DNA of 64,000 bases, from positions 231,324,001 to 231,388,000 of the forward strand of contig NC_086097.1 in the NCBI RefSeq assembly GCF_963921235.1, written 5' to 3'. Made by a program: the position numbers and the translations under genes. This document shows positions 12,816 through 24,489 of the stretch, in pieces. A model generated the notes under the pieces. That model was not told the DNA's origin and searched no databases. It saw only the letters and a list, made by a program, of their open reading frames with translations. Numbering within the stretch: the first letter of the stretch is position 1; each line of letters starts with the position of its first letter. Source of the DNA: Mobula hypostoma. Lineage: Eukaryota.

Positions 12816-13672
12816 GACAGGCTGCATCATTGATGAGCACCAATGATTATGAACATTTATTTATTGACTTCCCCAACCAGATACAGTGGTGCAGAATCAG
12901 TATGTCTCATGGGACATAGTTTAATCATTGCACACGTCTCATGTTACCTGCTTTAATCATTGCACACCTGTCAATGGAAGCAATCATTTGACAATTTCCA
13001 AAGCTACTGTGTTGAAGGCCTCATGTGGTGAAACTGGCAGATTCTGATTCTGAAGAGACAATGGTGTCTGTTTACTGTGGGGAGGTTACCAATAACTACA
13101 TTTCTTTTCCAGATTGGTCCTCTTTAATGATATTAATGAGAGATCGTTTGTATGCATGTGTGTCCATAACTGGGCCAGTGGTGAAGTGGGGAGATTTTAT
13201 GCAAACATTAAAGAATGTCTCGCATACTCCTCATCCCAAAGGGAAATCATGAAAGCAAGAACCTTATCACTTTTCACCGACTTGCCGGCCAACAAAGCAT
13301 TAAATGTTATGAATGCTGCTGCCTACAATTACTTTGCAAACATTTTTCGCCTGCTAGGCTCCGCAAGATGGATGATCAACATCTATATCAGCCTGACAAA
13401 ACCAAAGAAAACAGCAGCTCGGAAACTTCAGAGGAACATATGAAATTAAGATTACACCAGGAAATATAGTTTCGGTGAAACGCATTTTGAAAAGCAAGCA
13501 ACTCCACACGATGTGCCACCATTTGACTGACACAAAAAGATTATAACATAATTTTGATTTGCAAAGCTTCACACCAATACCTTTTAAAACACTCAAATAC
13601 AATTCACGAATGGTAAGACACACAAAATGCTGGAGTAACTCAGCAGGCCAGGCAGCATCAATGGAAAAGATC

Positions 13673-13710
13673 GGTCGACATTTCGGGCCGGAACCCTTCG
13701 TCAGGACTGT
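13673..13710 (-). ncRNA. Minimal hammerhead ribozyme motif in the Penelope 3' pLTR
   Basis: Minus strand AGTC-CTGACGA-AGGGTTCCGGCCC-GAAAT-GTC-GAC. Confidence 0.72.
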
Positions 13711-13974
13711 AGGGGGAAGGGGCAGAGGCCCCATAAAGAAGGTGGGGGGAGGGTGGGAAGGAGAAGGCTGGTAGGTTCCAGGTGAAAAACCAGTAAGGAG
13801 AAAGATAAAGGGGTGGGGGAGGGGAAGCAGGGAGGTGATAGGCAGGAAAGGTGAAGAAAGAATAGGGGAAAAACACAATGGGTAGTAGAAGGAGGCGGAA
13901 CCATGAGGGAGGTGGTAGGCAGCTGGGAGAGGGGGCAGAGTGACATAGGGATAGGGGAAGGGAGGGGGAGGGAA

Positions 13975-15432
13975 TTACCAGAAGTTGGAGAATTCTATGT
14001 TCATACCAAAGGGCTGGAGACTACCTAGACGGTATATGAGGTGTTGCTCCTCCAACCTGAGTTTAGCCTCATCATGGCAGTAGAGGAGGCCATGTATGGA
14101 CATATCTGAATGGGAGTGGGAAGCAGAGTTGAAGTGGGTGGCTACTGGGAGATCCTGTCTGTTTTGGCGGACGGAGCGGAGGTGCTCGACGAAGCGGTCC
14201 CCCAATCTGCGTCGGGTTTCACCGATGTAGAGGAGGCCACACTGGGAGCACCCGATGCAATAGATGACCCCGACAGACTCACAAGTGAAGTGTTGCCTCA
14301 CTTGGAAGTACTGTTTGGGGCCCTGAATGGTGGCAAGAGAGGAGGTGTAGGGACAGGTGTAGGACTTGCGCTTACAGGGATAAGTGCCAGGTGGGAGATC
14401 TGTGGGGAAGGACGTGTGGACCAGGGAGTCGTGGAGGGACTGATCTCTGCGGAAGGCGGAAAGGGGTGGAGAGGGAAAGATGTGCTTAGTGGTGGGGTCC
14501 TGTTGAAGGTGGCGGAAGTTGCGGAGGATAATGTGTTGGATCCGGAGGTTAGTGGGGTAGTAGGTGAGGACAAGGGGAACTCTGTCCTTGTTGTGGTGGC
14601 GGGAGGATGGGGTGAGAGCCGAACTGCGGGAAATGGAGGAGATGCGGGTGAGGACATCACTGATGACAGCAGAAGGGAAGCCATGATCCTTAAAGAAAGA
14701 GGACATTTGAGATGTCCTGGAACGGAAAACCTCATTCTCAGAGCAGATGTGGCGGAGTCGGAGGAACTGGGAATAGGGAATGGCATTTTTGCATGTGGCA
14801 GGGTGGGAAGAGGTATAGTTGAGGTAGTTATGAGAGTCAGTGGGCTTGTAGAAGATGTCAGTGGACAGTCTGTCTCCAGAGATGGAGACCAAGAGATCAA
14901 GAAAGGGGAGAGAAGTGTCTGAGATAGACCAAGTGAATTTGAGGGCTGGGTGGAAGTTGGAAGTAAAGTCGATGAAATTGACGAGCTCAGCATGGGTGCA
15001 GGAAGCAGCACCAATGTAGTCGTCAATGTACCGAAGGAAAAGTTGGGGAGCAGTACCAGAATAGGTTTGGAGCACAGACTGTACAACATAACCAACGAAG
15101 AGGCAGGCATAGCTAGGGCCCATGTGAGTTCCCATAGCTACACCCTTGGTCTGAAGAAAGTGGGAAGAGCCAAAAGAGAAGTTATTGAGTGTGAGAACCA
15201 GTTCCGCCAGCTGGAGGAGGGTAGTGGTGGTGGGGAACTGGTGAGGTCTATTATCCAGAAAGAAGTGGAGGGCTTTGAGGCCTTCTTCATGGGGAATGGA
15301 GGTGTATAGGGATTGGACATCCATAGTGAAAATGAAGCGGTTGGGACCGGGGAATTGGAAGTTATTGAAGAGGTGGAGGGCATGGGATGTATCCCGGATG
15401 TAGGTGGGGAGAGACTGAACTATGGGTGACAA
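13975..15432 (-). CDS. Penelope RT + GIY-YIG endonuclease (open 485-aa C-terminal part)
   Basis: MDVQSLYTSIPH, KGVAMGTHMGPSYA, LRYIDD, DIFYKPTD, Cys linker GTYPCKRKSYTC, VIYCIGCSQCGLLYIGETRRRLGDRFVEH, ends MNIEFSNFW. Confidence 0.9.
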   Translation of the reverse strand: MSPIVQSLPTYIRDTSHALHLFNNFQFPGPNRFIFTMDVQSLYTSIPHEEGLKALHFFLDNRPHQFPTTTTLLQLAELVLTLNNFSFGSSHFLQTKGVAMGTHMGPSYACLFVGYVVQSVLQTYSGTAPQLFLRYIDDYIGAASCTHAELVNFIDFTSNFHPALKFTWSISDTSLPFLDLLVSISGDRLSTDIFYKPTDSHNYLNYTSSHPATCKNAIPYSQFLRLRHICSENEVFRSRTSQMSSFFKDHGFPSAVISDVLTRISSISRSSALTPSSRHHNKDRVPLVLTYYPTNLRIQHIILRNFRHLQQDPTTKHIFPSPPLSAFRRDQSLHDSLVHTSFPTDLPPGTYPCKRKSYTCPYTSSLATIQGPKQYFQVRQHFTCESVGVIYCIGCSQCGLLYIGETRRRLGDRFVEHLRSVRQNRQDLPVATHFNSASHSHSDMSIHGLLYCHDEAKLRLEEQHLIYRLGSLQPFGMNIEFSNFW

Positions 15433-15656
15433 AATGGAGTCCAGGTAGGCAGATACAGGTTCGGTGGGACAGGAGCAGGCAGAAACTATGGTTCTGCCGG
15501 GACAGTCAGGCTTGTGGATCTTGGGGAGGGTTTACGAAGAGTTCCGGCCCGAAATGTCGACTGATCTTTTCCACGGATGCTGCCCGACCTGCTGAGTTCC
15601 TCCAGCATGTTGTGAGTGTTGCTTTGACCCCAGCATCTGCAGATTATTTTGTGTTT

Positions 15657-16910
15657 TGAATTGGACCCAAATGCAGGGAAATTGGAGGCAAGGTTCAAGA
15701 CATGGTTTTATCTTGGATCAGAGCTCAAAATAAACACTAGATAATATCATGAGTAGGCTTACAATTGAGCACCAAACCACAGTTCAGATGTTCCTTAAAT
15801 GCTCAATTCTTGGTGCTCGAAACGTGGTTACCAATTAGTGGGGCCGACCTGAACCCTTCAAGAGGCTGTGTTAGCTATCTGAACTCTGGGGAGTCTGAGT
15901 GTCTAAGTCCCGGAAGCTGGCACAGTTGGGGCTGTCTTGTAGCAGAACTCCCTCCTTTATGGCTCATCCCTGATGGCCCTGGCTTCTGGGAGAGGCAGTG
16001 ATGGTAATTGTAAATGAGAGCCAGATCCAAGCTGTCTCTTTCGGGCACCCAGCTCCTCTCCTTAGATCTGAATCCTTCCCAGTCCATGAGGCATTGTCGA
16101 ACCCCTCAAACAGAACGCAAGTCCAAAAGTCTTCTCACCGTGGAGACCTGTTCCCCCTTGATAAACCTGGGTGGCGGTGGGGCAAAGGAGCTGGTGCAGA
16201 GAGATCTTAATCTAGAAATGTGCAAGGTGGGATTGATCTTTAGGGTTTTGGGGAGCTTCAAGACGTGAGCCACCAGGTTTACTTTCCTCAGGATTTCAAA
16301 AGGTCCAATCAACTTGGACGCCAACTTTCTAGGTACCACTTGGATTGGCAAATCATGCCCAGGCTGTAAAGCAGGTCCCGCCTTCTTTGGTTTGTGTTGG
16401 TCTCTGCTTTCCGGGTAGAATCCAGCAAAATCTCTCTTGTCCTAAACCATCTTTGCTTGCAGCGTTGGATGAAATCTTCGGCTGCAGGGACCTCAACCGT
16501 GGCCCCTTGTTTCAGAAGGAGAGGCAGAAGATAACCAAACTGGCAGTCAAATGGTGACACCCTGTGTGCCGAACTCCATAAGGTGTTGTGGGCGATCTCT
16601 GCCCACGTAAAATGGTCAGACCACTCGTCCAGTCTTTCTGAGGTCAGGCATCTGAGGATATGTTCTAATTACTGGTTGGTCCGCTCCATCTGGCCGTTGG
16701 GTTGCGGGTGAAACCCAAAGGAAAAGCTTGCTGTTGCCCTCCAGAAATGTGATGTGAATTGTGGACCATGATCCTAGACCATGCCCACCGCAAATACGTA
16801 GATCCTGAAGACCTGATCCCGGACAATCTCAGCCGTCTCTACTGCAGGAGTAGCTTCTCAAAGGCAATGAACTTGCAGGCTTTCAAAAGCTGATCACCAA
16901 TAACCATTTA
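15657..16910 (-). mobile_element. Degenerate chromovirus-type (Tf1/sushi-like) Gypsy 3' part: integrase, chromodomain, probable LTR
   Basis: [11 protein letters not shown] integrase motif near 16690-16720, SPFDCQFGY, RKLASKLIGPFEIL (GPF motif), chromodomain VRRLLD...DWEGFRSKERSWVP. Confidence 0.8.
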
Positions 16911-18602
16911 CACAGCATTCACTCAAATCGAGGTTCCTTTTATCAGAACGTCCCGGTGTTCCAGTTTGGTTGAGCCCCAAATCATACCAACCTTAGATGT
17001 GTATTGTTTATGAAAGGTGGCCTTCTCACCACTGAATCACGTGACTGTTAGCAGAGTCAGCTAATGAGCCAGGTTGGTGTATGAGCCCCAGTGAGAGGAT
17101 CACACTAATTATTTTTATAGGGTATTTCATAATCATTGTTTTAAATTAGAATGGTAAGACTAAAACTTTGCTTTGTCAGTACCATCCTGTAGTCTTTCTG
17201 GTCTTCAATTATTAGTGTTCACTGACAAAATCAGATTCAGATTCATTTATTTATCACCTGCACATCGAAACCGACAGTGAAATGTGTCGTTTGCATTAAC
17301 AAGGATGTGCTGGGGCAGCTCGCAGGTGTCACCACAGACTCGTGCATTCCAAGAAGCTTACTGCATTTGTCACTGTTCTTGTTAAGTTTTGTAACTTCAA
17401 AGCACTGAGCTAATTCAAATGAAGACACAGGGAGTCTGGAATATGGGTGTAACTTCATCTCCAAGTGAGGTATGCTCATATCATGTGGTAGCGTGATGAC
17501 GTATGCATTTAACATATTTTACATAATGGTAATTAATTATTTAAATAAACAAGAATACTTAATCAACTAATATACAGCGGCATGCAAAAGTCTGGGCACC
17601 CCGGTCATAATTTCTGTTACTGTGAATAGCTAAGCGAGTAAAAGATGAACTGATTTCCGAAAGGCATAAAGTTAAAGATGACACATTTCTTTAATATTTT
17701 AAGCAAGAAAACTTTTTTATTTCTGTCTTTTACAGTTGCAAAATAACAAAAAAGGAAAAGGGCCCAAAGCAAAAGTTTGGGCACCCTGAATGGTCAGTAC
17801 TTAGTAACACCCCCTTTGGCAAGTATCACAGCTTGTAAACGCTTTCTGTAGCCAGCTAAGAGTCTTTCAATTCTTGTTTGGGGGATTTTTACCCATTCTC
17901 CCTTGCAACAGTCTTCTAGTTCTGTGAGATTCTTGGGCCGTCTTGCATGCACTGCTCTTCTGAGGTCTATCCACAGATTTTCGATGATGTTTAGGTCAGG
18001 GGACTGTGAGGGCCATGGCAAAAGCTTCAGCTTGCGCCTCTTGAGGTAGTCCATTGTGGATTTTGAGGTGTGTTTAGGATCATTATCCTGTTGTAATAAA
18101 GTCAATTTGATTTCTCGTGTTATCACCTGGACTTTTCCAGGTCCCCAAGCGTCTTGGATGGTTTTTAAAGTAGGTATTCATAATGACCTGATTATTCATC
18201 TTGCACCATTCTACCCATTTCTCACCTCTTTCATTTCTTTCCCCTAGTCCAAATTTTCCTATGGTATTTCCATCAGCACCTTATAATAGTGACCATAACC
18301 CAGTAGTATGTCATGTAAAAGTAAAACTTAAAACACTAAAGAAGCAAAAACCTGAACAATCCCTTAACAACTTGCAATTAATTAAACAAGAAAACTTAAG
18401 ACAAAAATTTACAATTGAAGTAAGGAATATATTTCAAAGTCTAGAAATAGAATCTGTTGAAGATGATAGCAATCATGTAGAAATGAAATTTAACTCTCTA
18501 AAGGATGCCTTGGTAGAATCAGCAAAGTCAGTGATTCCTAAAAAAGAAAAAAGCACAAAGAATATATGGATGACAGATGAAATCAAAAATCTAATGGGAG
18601 AA

Positions 18603-21283
18603 ATGGGAGGTTAGTTAGGAAGATTCATTCGCTAGGTATACATGGAGGGGTCGTAAATTGGATTAGACGTTGGCTCAATGGAAGAAGCCAGAGAGTGGTG
18701 GTGGAGGATTGCTTCTCTGAGTGGAGGCCTGTGACTAGTGGTGTGCCACAGGGATCAGTGCTGGGTCCATTGTTATTTGTCATCTATATCAGTGATCTGG
18801 ATGATAATATGGTAAATGAGATCAGCAAATTTGCAGATGATACAAAGATTAGAGGTGTAGTGGGCAGTGAGGAAGGTTTTCAAAGCTTGCAGAGGGATTT
18901 AGACCAGCTGGAAAAAGGGGCTGAAAAATCGCAAATGGAGTTTAATACAGACAAGTGTGAGGTATTGCACGTTGGAAGGACAAACCAAGGTAGGACATAC
19001 AATGGTGAATGGTAGGGCACAGAGGAGTGCAGTAGAACAGAGGGATCTGGGAATACAGATACAAAATTCCCTAAAAGTGGTGTCACAGGTAGGTAGGGTC
19101 GTAAAGAGAGCTAGCTGGAGTGTTTGCTGACATCTTCAACAGCTCCTTGCTTCAGTCTAAGATCCCCTCGTGTTTTAAGGCAACGATAATCCCGGTGCCG
19201 AAGAAGAGCAAGGTGGCATGCCTGAATGACTGTCGACCTGTGGCTCTGACATCAATTGCTATGAAGTGCTTCGAGAGATTGGTTATGGCACACATCAACC
19301 ACAGCCTACCGGTCAACCTCGACGCTTTGCAATTCGCCTACCGGAACAACAGGTCAATGTCAGATGCCATCTCTCTGGCCCTACATTCCTCCTTAGAACA
19401 CCTTGGAGAATAAAGACGCATATGTAAGGCTCCTTTTCAATGACTACAGCTCTGCCTTTAATACCATCATTCCAAATAAACTGATTCCTAAGCTCCGGAA
19501 TCTGGGCCTTAGCACTCAGATCTGCAGCTGGATCTTCAACTTCCTCATAGACAGGACCCAGGCTGTAAAAATAGGGGACAAGCTCTCCTCTACAATCACT
19601 CTGAGCACCGGTGCCCCACAAGGCTGTGTACTCAGCCCCGTGCTGTACTCACTGTACACCCATGATTGTGTAGCCAAGTTTCCATCGAACTCAATATATA
19701 AGTTTGCTGATGACACAACAATTGTAGGCCGTATCTCAGGTAATGATGAGTTTGAGTACAGAGAGGAAATTAAGAACCTGGTGGCATGGTGCGAAGACAA
19801 TAACCTATCCCTCAACGTCAGCAAGACGAAGGAATTGGTTGTGGACTTCAGAAGGAGTAGCGGACCGCACGACCCAATTTACATCGGTGGTGCGCAAGTG
19901 GAACAGGTCAAAAGCTTTAAGTTCCTCGGGGTCAATATCACAAATGACCTGACTTGGTCCAACTAAGCAGAGTTCACTGCCAAGAAGGCCCACCAGCTCC
20001 TTTACTTCCTGAGAAAACTAAAGAAATTTGGCCTGTCCCCTAAAACCCTCACTAATTTTTATAGATGCAGCGTAGAAAGCATTTTTCTAGGGTGCATCAC
20101 AACCTGGTGTGGAAGTTGTCCTGTCCAAGACCGAAAGAACTGCAGAAGATCGTGAACATGGCACAGCACATCACACAAACCAATCTTCCGTCCATGGACT
20201 CACTTTACACCACACGCTGTCGGAGCAGTGCTGCCAGGATAATCAAGAACACGACCCACCCAGCCAACACACTTTTCGTTCCTCTTCCCTCGGGGAGAAG
20301 GCTCAGGAGCTTGAAGACTCGTACGGCCAGATTTGGGAACAACTTCTTTCCAACTGTGATAAGACTGCTGAACGGATCCTGACCCAGATCTGGGCCGTAC
20401 CCTCCAAATATCCGGACCTGCCTCTCAGTTTTTTTGCACTACCTTACTTTCCATTTTTCTATTTTCTATTTATGATTTATAACTTAAATGTTTAATATTT
20501 ACTAACTTTAACTATTTTTAATATTTTTAATATTTAATATTTGTAATCCAGGGAGTGGGAAGCGCAGAATCAAATATCGATGTGATGATTGTATGTTCCA
20601 GTACCAATTGTTTGGCGACAATAAAGTATGAAGTATAAAGTAAAGAGAGCTTTTGGTACATTGGCCTTTATAAATCAAAGTATTGAGTATAAGAGTTGGA
20701 ATGTTATGGTGAGGTTGTATAAGGCATTAGTGAGGCCGAATTTAGAGTATCGTGTGCAGTTTTAGTCACCAAATTACTAGAAGGATATTAATAAGGTTGA
20801 AAGAGTGCAGAGAAGGCTTACAAGGATGTTGCTGGGACTTGAGAAACTGAGTTACAGAGAAAGGTTGAATAGGTTAGAACTTTATTCCCTGGAGCATAGA
20901 AGAATGAGGGGAGATTTGATAGAGGTATATAAAATTATGATGGGTTTAGATAGAGTGAATGCAAGCAGGCTTTTTCCACTGAGGCTAGGAGAGAAAAAAC
21001 CAGAGGACATGGATTAAGGGTGAAAGGGAAAAAGTTTAAAGGGAACATTAGTGGGGGGCTTCTTCACACAGAGATTGGTGGGAGTGTGGAATGAGCTGCC
21101 AGATGAAGTGGTAAATGCGGGCTCACTTTTAACTTTTAAGAAAAACTTGGACAGGTACATGGATGAGAGGTGTGTGGAGGGATATGGTCCAGGTGCAGGA
21201 CGGTGGGATTAGGCAGAAAAATGGTTCGGCACAGCAAAGAAGGGCCAAAAGGCCCGTTTCTGTGTTGTAATGTTCTATGGTTT
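18603..21283 (+). mobile_element. CR1 3' part (RT) inserted in RTE, split by Rex1
   Basis: [21 protein letters not shown]. Near identical by eye to about 45390-46531. TGTTCTATGGTT tail. Confidence 0.92.
19113..20639 (+). mobile_element. Rex1/Babar LINE (RT to 3' tail) inserted in CR1
   Basis: [29 protein letters not shown]-repeat tail. TSD GTAAAGAGAGCT at 19101-19112 and 20640-20651. Confidence 0.94.
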
Positions 21284-24200
21284 AAAGGAGACGGAAGAAA
21301 GCAAATCCTATAGAATATAAGTCCTTAGATAAAAAAGTTAAAAGCTATGTCAAAAAGCCAAAGAAGAATGGTTAAATGAGGAATGTGAGCAAATAGAAAG
21401 AATCCCTATTACTGATCCAAAAAGGTTACATCAACAAATCAAGAATATCACTGGTAAAAAGCTCCTCTGTTCTTCAAGTGGATGTTTGAAAGCAAAGGAC
21501 GGTACCATTATCATGGAAAAAGATGAGATTATGAACAGATGGACTGAGTATATTCAGGAATTGTTTGAAGACGATCGAAGCAAAAAAACCAGAAATTAAG
21601 AAAAATGTTGAAGGTCCAAGTATTTTAAAATCTGAAGTTTGTAATGCAATAAATAAGATGAAGAAAGGAAAGGCAGCAGGTCCTGATGAATTAGTAATAG
21701 AACAAATTATCGCCCTTGAAGATTATGGAATTGAAAAACTTACTGATTTAATCAATGACATTTATGAGACTGGAATAATACCAGAAGAGTTGAAAAAAAA
21801 TCAGTATTTATCACTCTTCCTAAGAAACCTGGAGCAATAGAATGTGAATTACATAGGACCATAAGTTTAATGAGTCACATCACCTGGAGACTAATAAGAA
21901 TTTTGATGACAAGAGCTAAAAGTAAGATACAAGCTAAAATAGGTAAAGAACAATGTGGTTTTGTGAAAGACAAAGGTACAAGAAACGCAATATTGATGTT
22001 AAGGATACTATTAGAACGAGCTATTCAAATGCAAAAAGATTTGTTTCTTTGTTTTATTGACTACTCAAAAGCATTTGATAAAGTGAAGCACGATAAGTTA
22101 TTTGAAATATTACAGAAAACTCTAGATCTAGATTCGAAAGACCTCCACCTAATCAGAAATCTGTACTGGGAACAAACTGCTGCTGTAAGAATAGATGGAG
22201 AAGTGAGTCAGTTTATGAAAATCAAGAGAGGCGTTAGACAAGGATATGTTTTCTCCCCTGATTTATTTAATGTGTACAGTGAAACAATATTATAAAAAAT
22301 AAGAGACATCTTAGGAATCAAAGTTGGCGGTGAAAACATCAATAATTTCAGATATGCAGATGACACTGTTAATTGCAAGTACAGAGGAAGAACTACAAAA
22401 CTTGATATAGTTGTTGAAGAAAGTGCAAAAATGGGTCTATCTATCAATTGCAAACAGACAGAATGTATGGTGATATCCAAAAAGAAGGAGAATCCTATCT
22501 GCGGGCTGAGAATAAATGGGGAAGACATAAAACAAGTACAGAATTTTTGCTACTTAGGAAGCTGTGTGACATCAGATGGCAGGTGCGACTTGGACATCAA
22601 AAGAAGAATAGGGATGGCAAAAGACACCTTTACGAGAATGAATAGTATACTGACCAATTCTAAACTAGGCATGACAACCCGCCTCAGAGTACTGAAATGT
22701 TACATTTATCCAGTTATGTTATATGGCTCAGAATGTTGGACAATATCTAGTAACATGAGGAAATGAATTGAAGCAGCAGAGATGTGGTTTTTGAGGAGGA
22801 TGCAAAGAATATCATGGATGAAACAAATATCTAATGAGAATGTCATGAACAGAACAAACACAAAAAGAGAAATAATGTATGAGATCATGAAAAGGCAATG
22901 TAACTTCATTGGACATGTGATTAGGAAAGAGGAGTTAGAATGCACGGTAATTATGGGAGAGACTGAAGGGAAGAAAGCAAGAGGAAAAGAAAGACGAATG
23001 ATGATGGAGAAAGCAGCCAGAGAACTGGAAATAAATACCAATGAATTGATCCACTTGACCGGAAACAGGAGTGTGTGGGCCATGGCAGTCAAAGCTCAAA
23101 CTGGGCGTAGCACCTGATGATGATGATGATCCTGTTGTAGATGCTATCCTCTTTTCATCTTCAGCTTTTTTGCAGATGGTGTGATATTTGCTGGTATTTA
23201 ATTGAATTCATTCTTCCCTCTACCAGTGAAATGTTCCCCGTGCCACTGGCTGCAATACAAGCCCAAAGCATGATCGATCCACCCCCATGCTTAACAGTTG
23301 GAGAGGTGTTCTTTTCATGAAATTCTGCACCCTTTTTTCTCCAAACATACCTTTGCTCATTGCAGCCAAAAAGTTCCATTTTAACTTCATCAGTCCATAG
23401 GACTTGTTTCCAAAATGCACCAGGCTTGTTTAGATGTTCCTTTGCAAACTTCTGACGCTGAATTTTGTAGTGAGGACGCAGGAAAGGTTTTCTTCTGATG
23501 ACTCTTCCATGAAGGTCATATTTGTGCAGGTGTTGCTGCACAGTAGAACAGTCTTCTTGGTCTTCCAGACCTCAACTTGACCTCCACCGTTCCTGTTAAC
23601 TTCCATTTCTTAATTACATTATGAACTGAGGAAACTGCTACCTGAAAACACTTTGCTATCTTCTTATAGTCTTCTCCTGCTTTGTGGGCATCATTTATTT
23701 TAATTTTCAGAGTGCTTGGCAGCTGTTTAGAGGAGCCCATGACTGCTGATTGTTGGGATAAGGTTTGAGGAGTCAGGATATTTATAAAGCTTTGAAATTT
23801 GCATCACCTAGCCTTTCCTAACGATAACTGTAAACAAGCCATAACCCTAACAAGCTAATTAAGGTCTGAGACCTTGGTAAAAGTTATCTGAGAGTTCAAA
23901 TCTCTTGGGGTGCCCAAACTTTTGCATGGTACTCCTTTCCTTTTTTTCACTCTAAAATTGTACAAAACAAAAATAATACACTAATCTTGCTTAAAATGTT
24001 GAAAAGAATGTTTCATCTTTAACATTATGACTTTTGGAGATCAATTCATCTTCTACTCACTTAACTATTCACAGTAACAGAAATTTTGACTGGGGTGCCC
24101 AAACATTTGCACACCACTGTATATATATATACAAGATTACTCAAATATTACTTGAATATTAAATACACAACACTCCTCTCAGCTTGGCTATAAACTCCAA

Positions 24201-24489
24201 CTCAATAGAGAATGCATCTCAATCATATACACAGAATATTATATAATTATATTACTATATACTGACCTCCACAGCATAGTAAATTTTTTTAATTGTCCCA
24301 TTCAAGACTAAAGGGTGAACTGCTGTGGAAGATTTTGTATTCTTGTGGGATAATGTCTTTTCTGTCAATGAAGGTCACCTTCCTTGGCAGGGGAGACTTC
24401 GGGCTGTGAACCAATCTCAGGTTCTGGGGCCTCCTTCGTGGTGGTTGCAGGAGTTGACTCTGAGACTGCAGGAAGTGGTGCTGCCAGTG

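Larger units (their letters stand above)
13614..15656 (-). mobile_element. Penelope-like element (Neptune type), 5'-truncated, with 3' pLTR and inverted partial pLTR at its 5' end
   Basis: RT plus GIY-YIG ORF. pLTR at about 13614-13970. About 15534-15620 is an inverted copy of about 13618-13701. Confidence 0.92.
18096..23128 (+). mobile_element. RTE-clade LINE with inverted 5' segment and (TGA)n tail
   Basis: TSD ATCCTGTTGTA at 18085-18095 and 23129-23139. SDHNPV, KAAGPDE, QCGFVKDKGTRNAI, CFIDYSKAFDKV, RGVRQG, RYADD, EMWFLRRMQRISW. (TGA)n at 23115-23128. Confidence 0.93.
17575..24119 (-). mobile_element. Tc1/mariner DNA transposon (IR/DR type, DD34E), interrupted by RTE
   Basis: TA TSDs at 17573-74 and 24120-21. 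Inverted repeats of about 210 bp, each with two GCAAAAGT(T/C)TGGGCACCC direct repeats. Transposase ATG at 23740 (MGSSKQL..), VLWTDE, QQDNDPKH...SPDLNIIE (34 residues between D and E), stop at 17794. Confidence 0.95.

Noticed and set aside
14110..15110. Two 270-aa ORFs (14110-14922 +, 14298-15110 -)
   Set aside because: Antisense and alternate-frame shadows of the Penelope ORF, with no recognisable domains.
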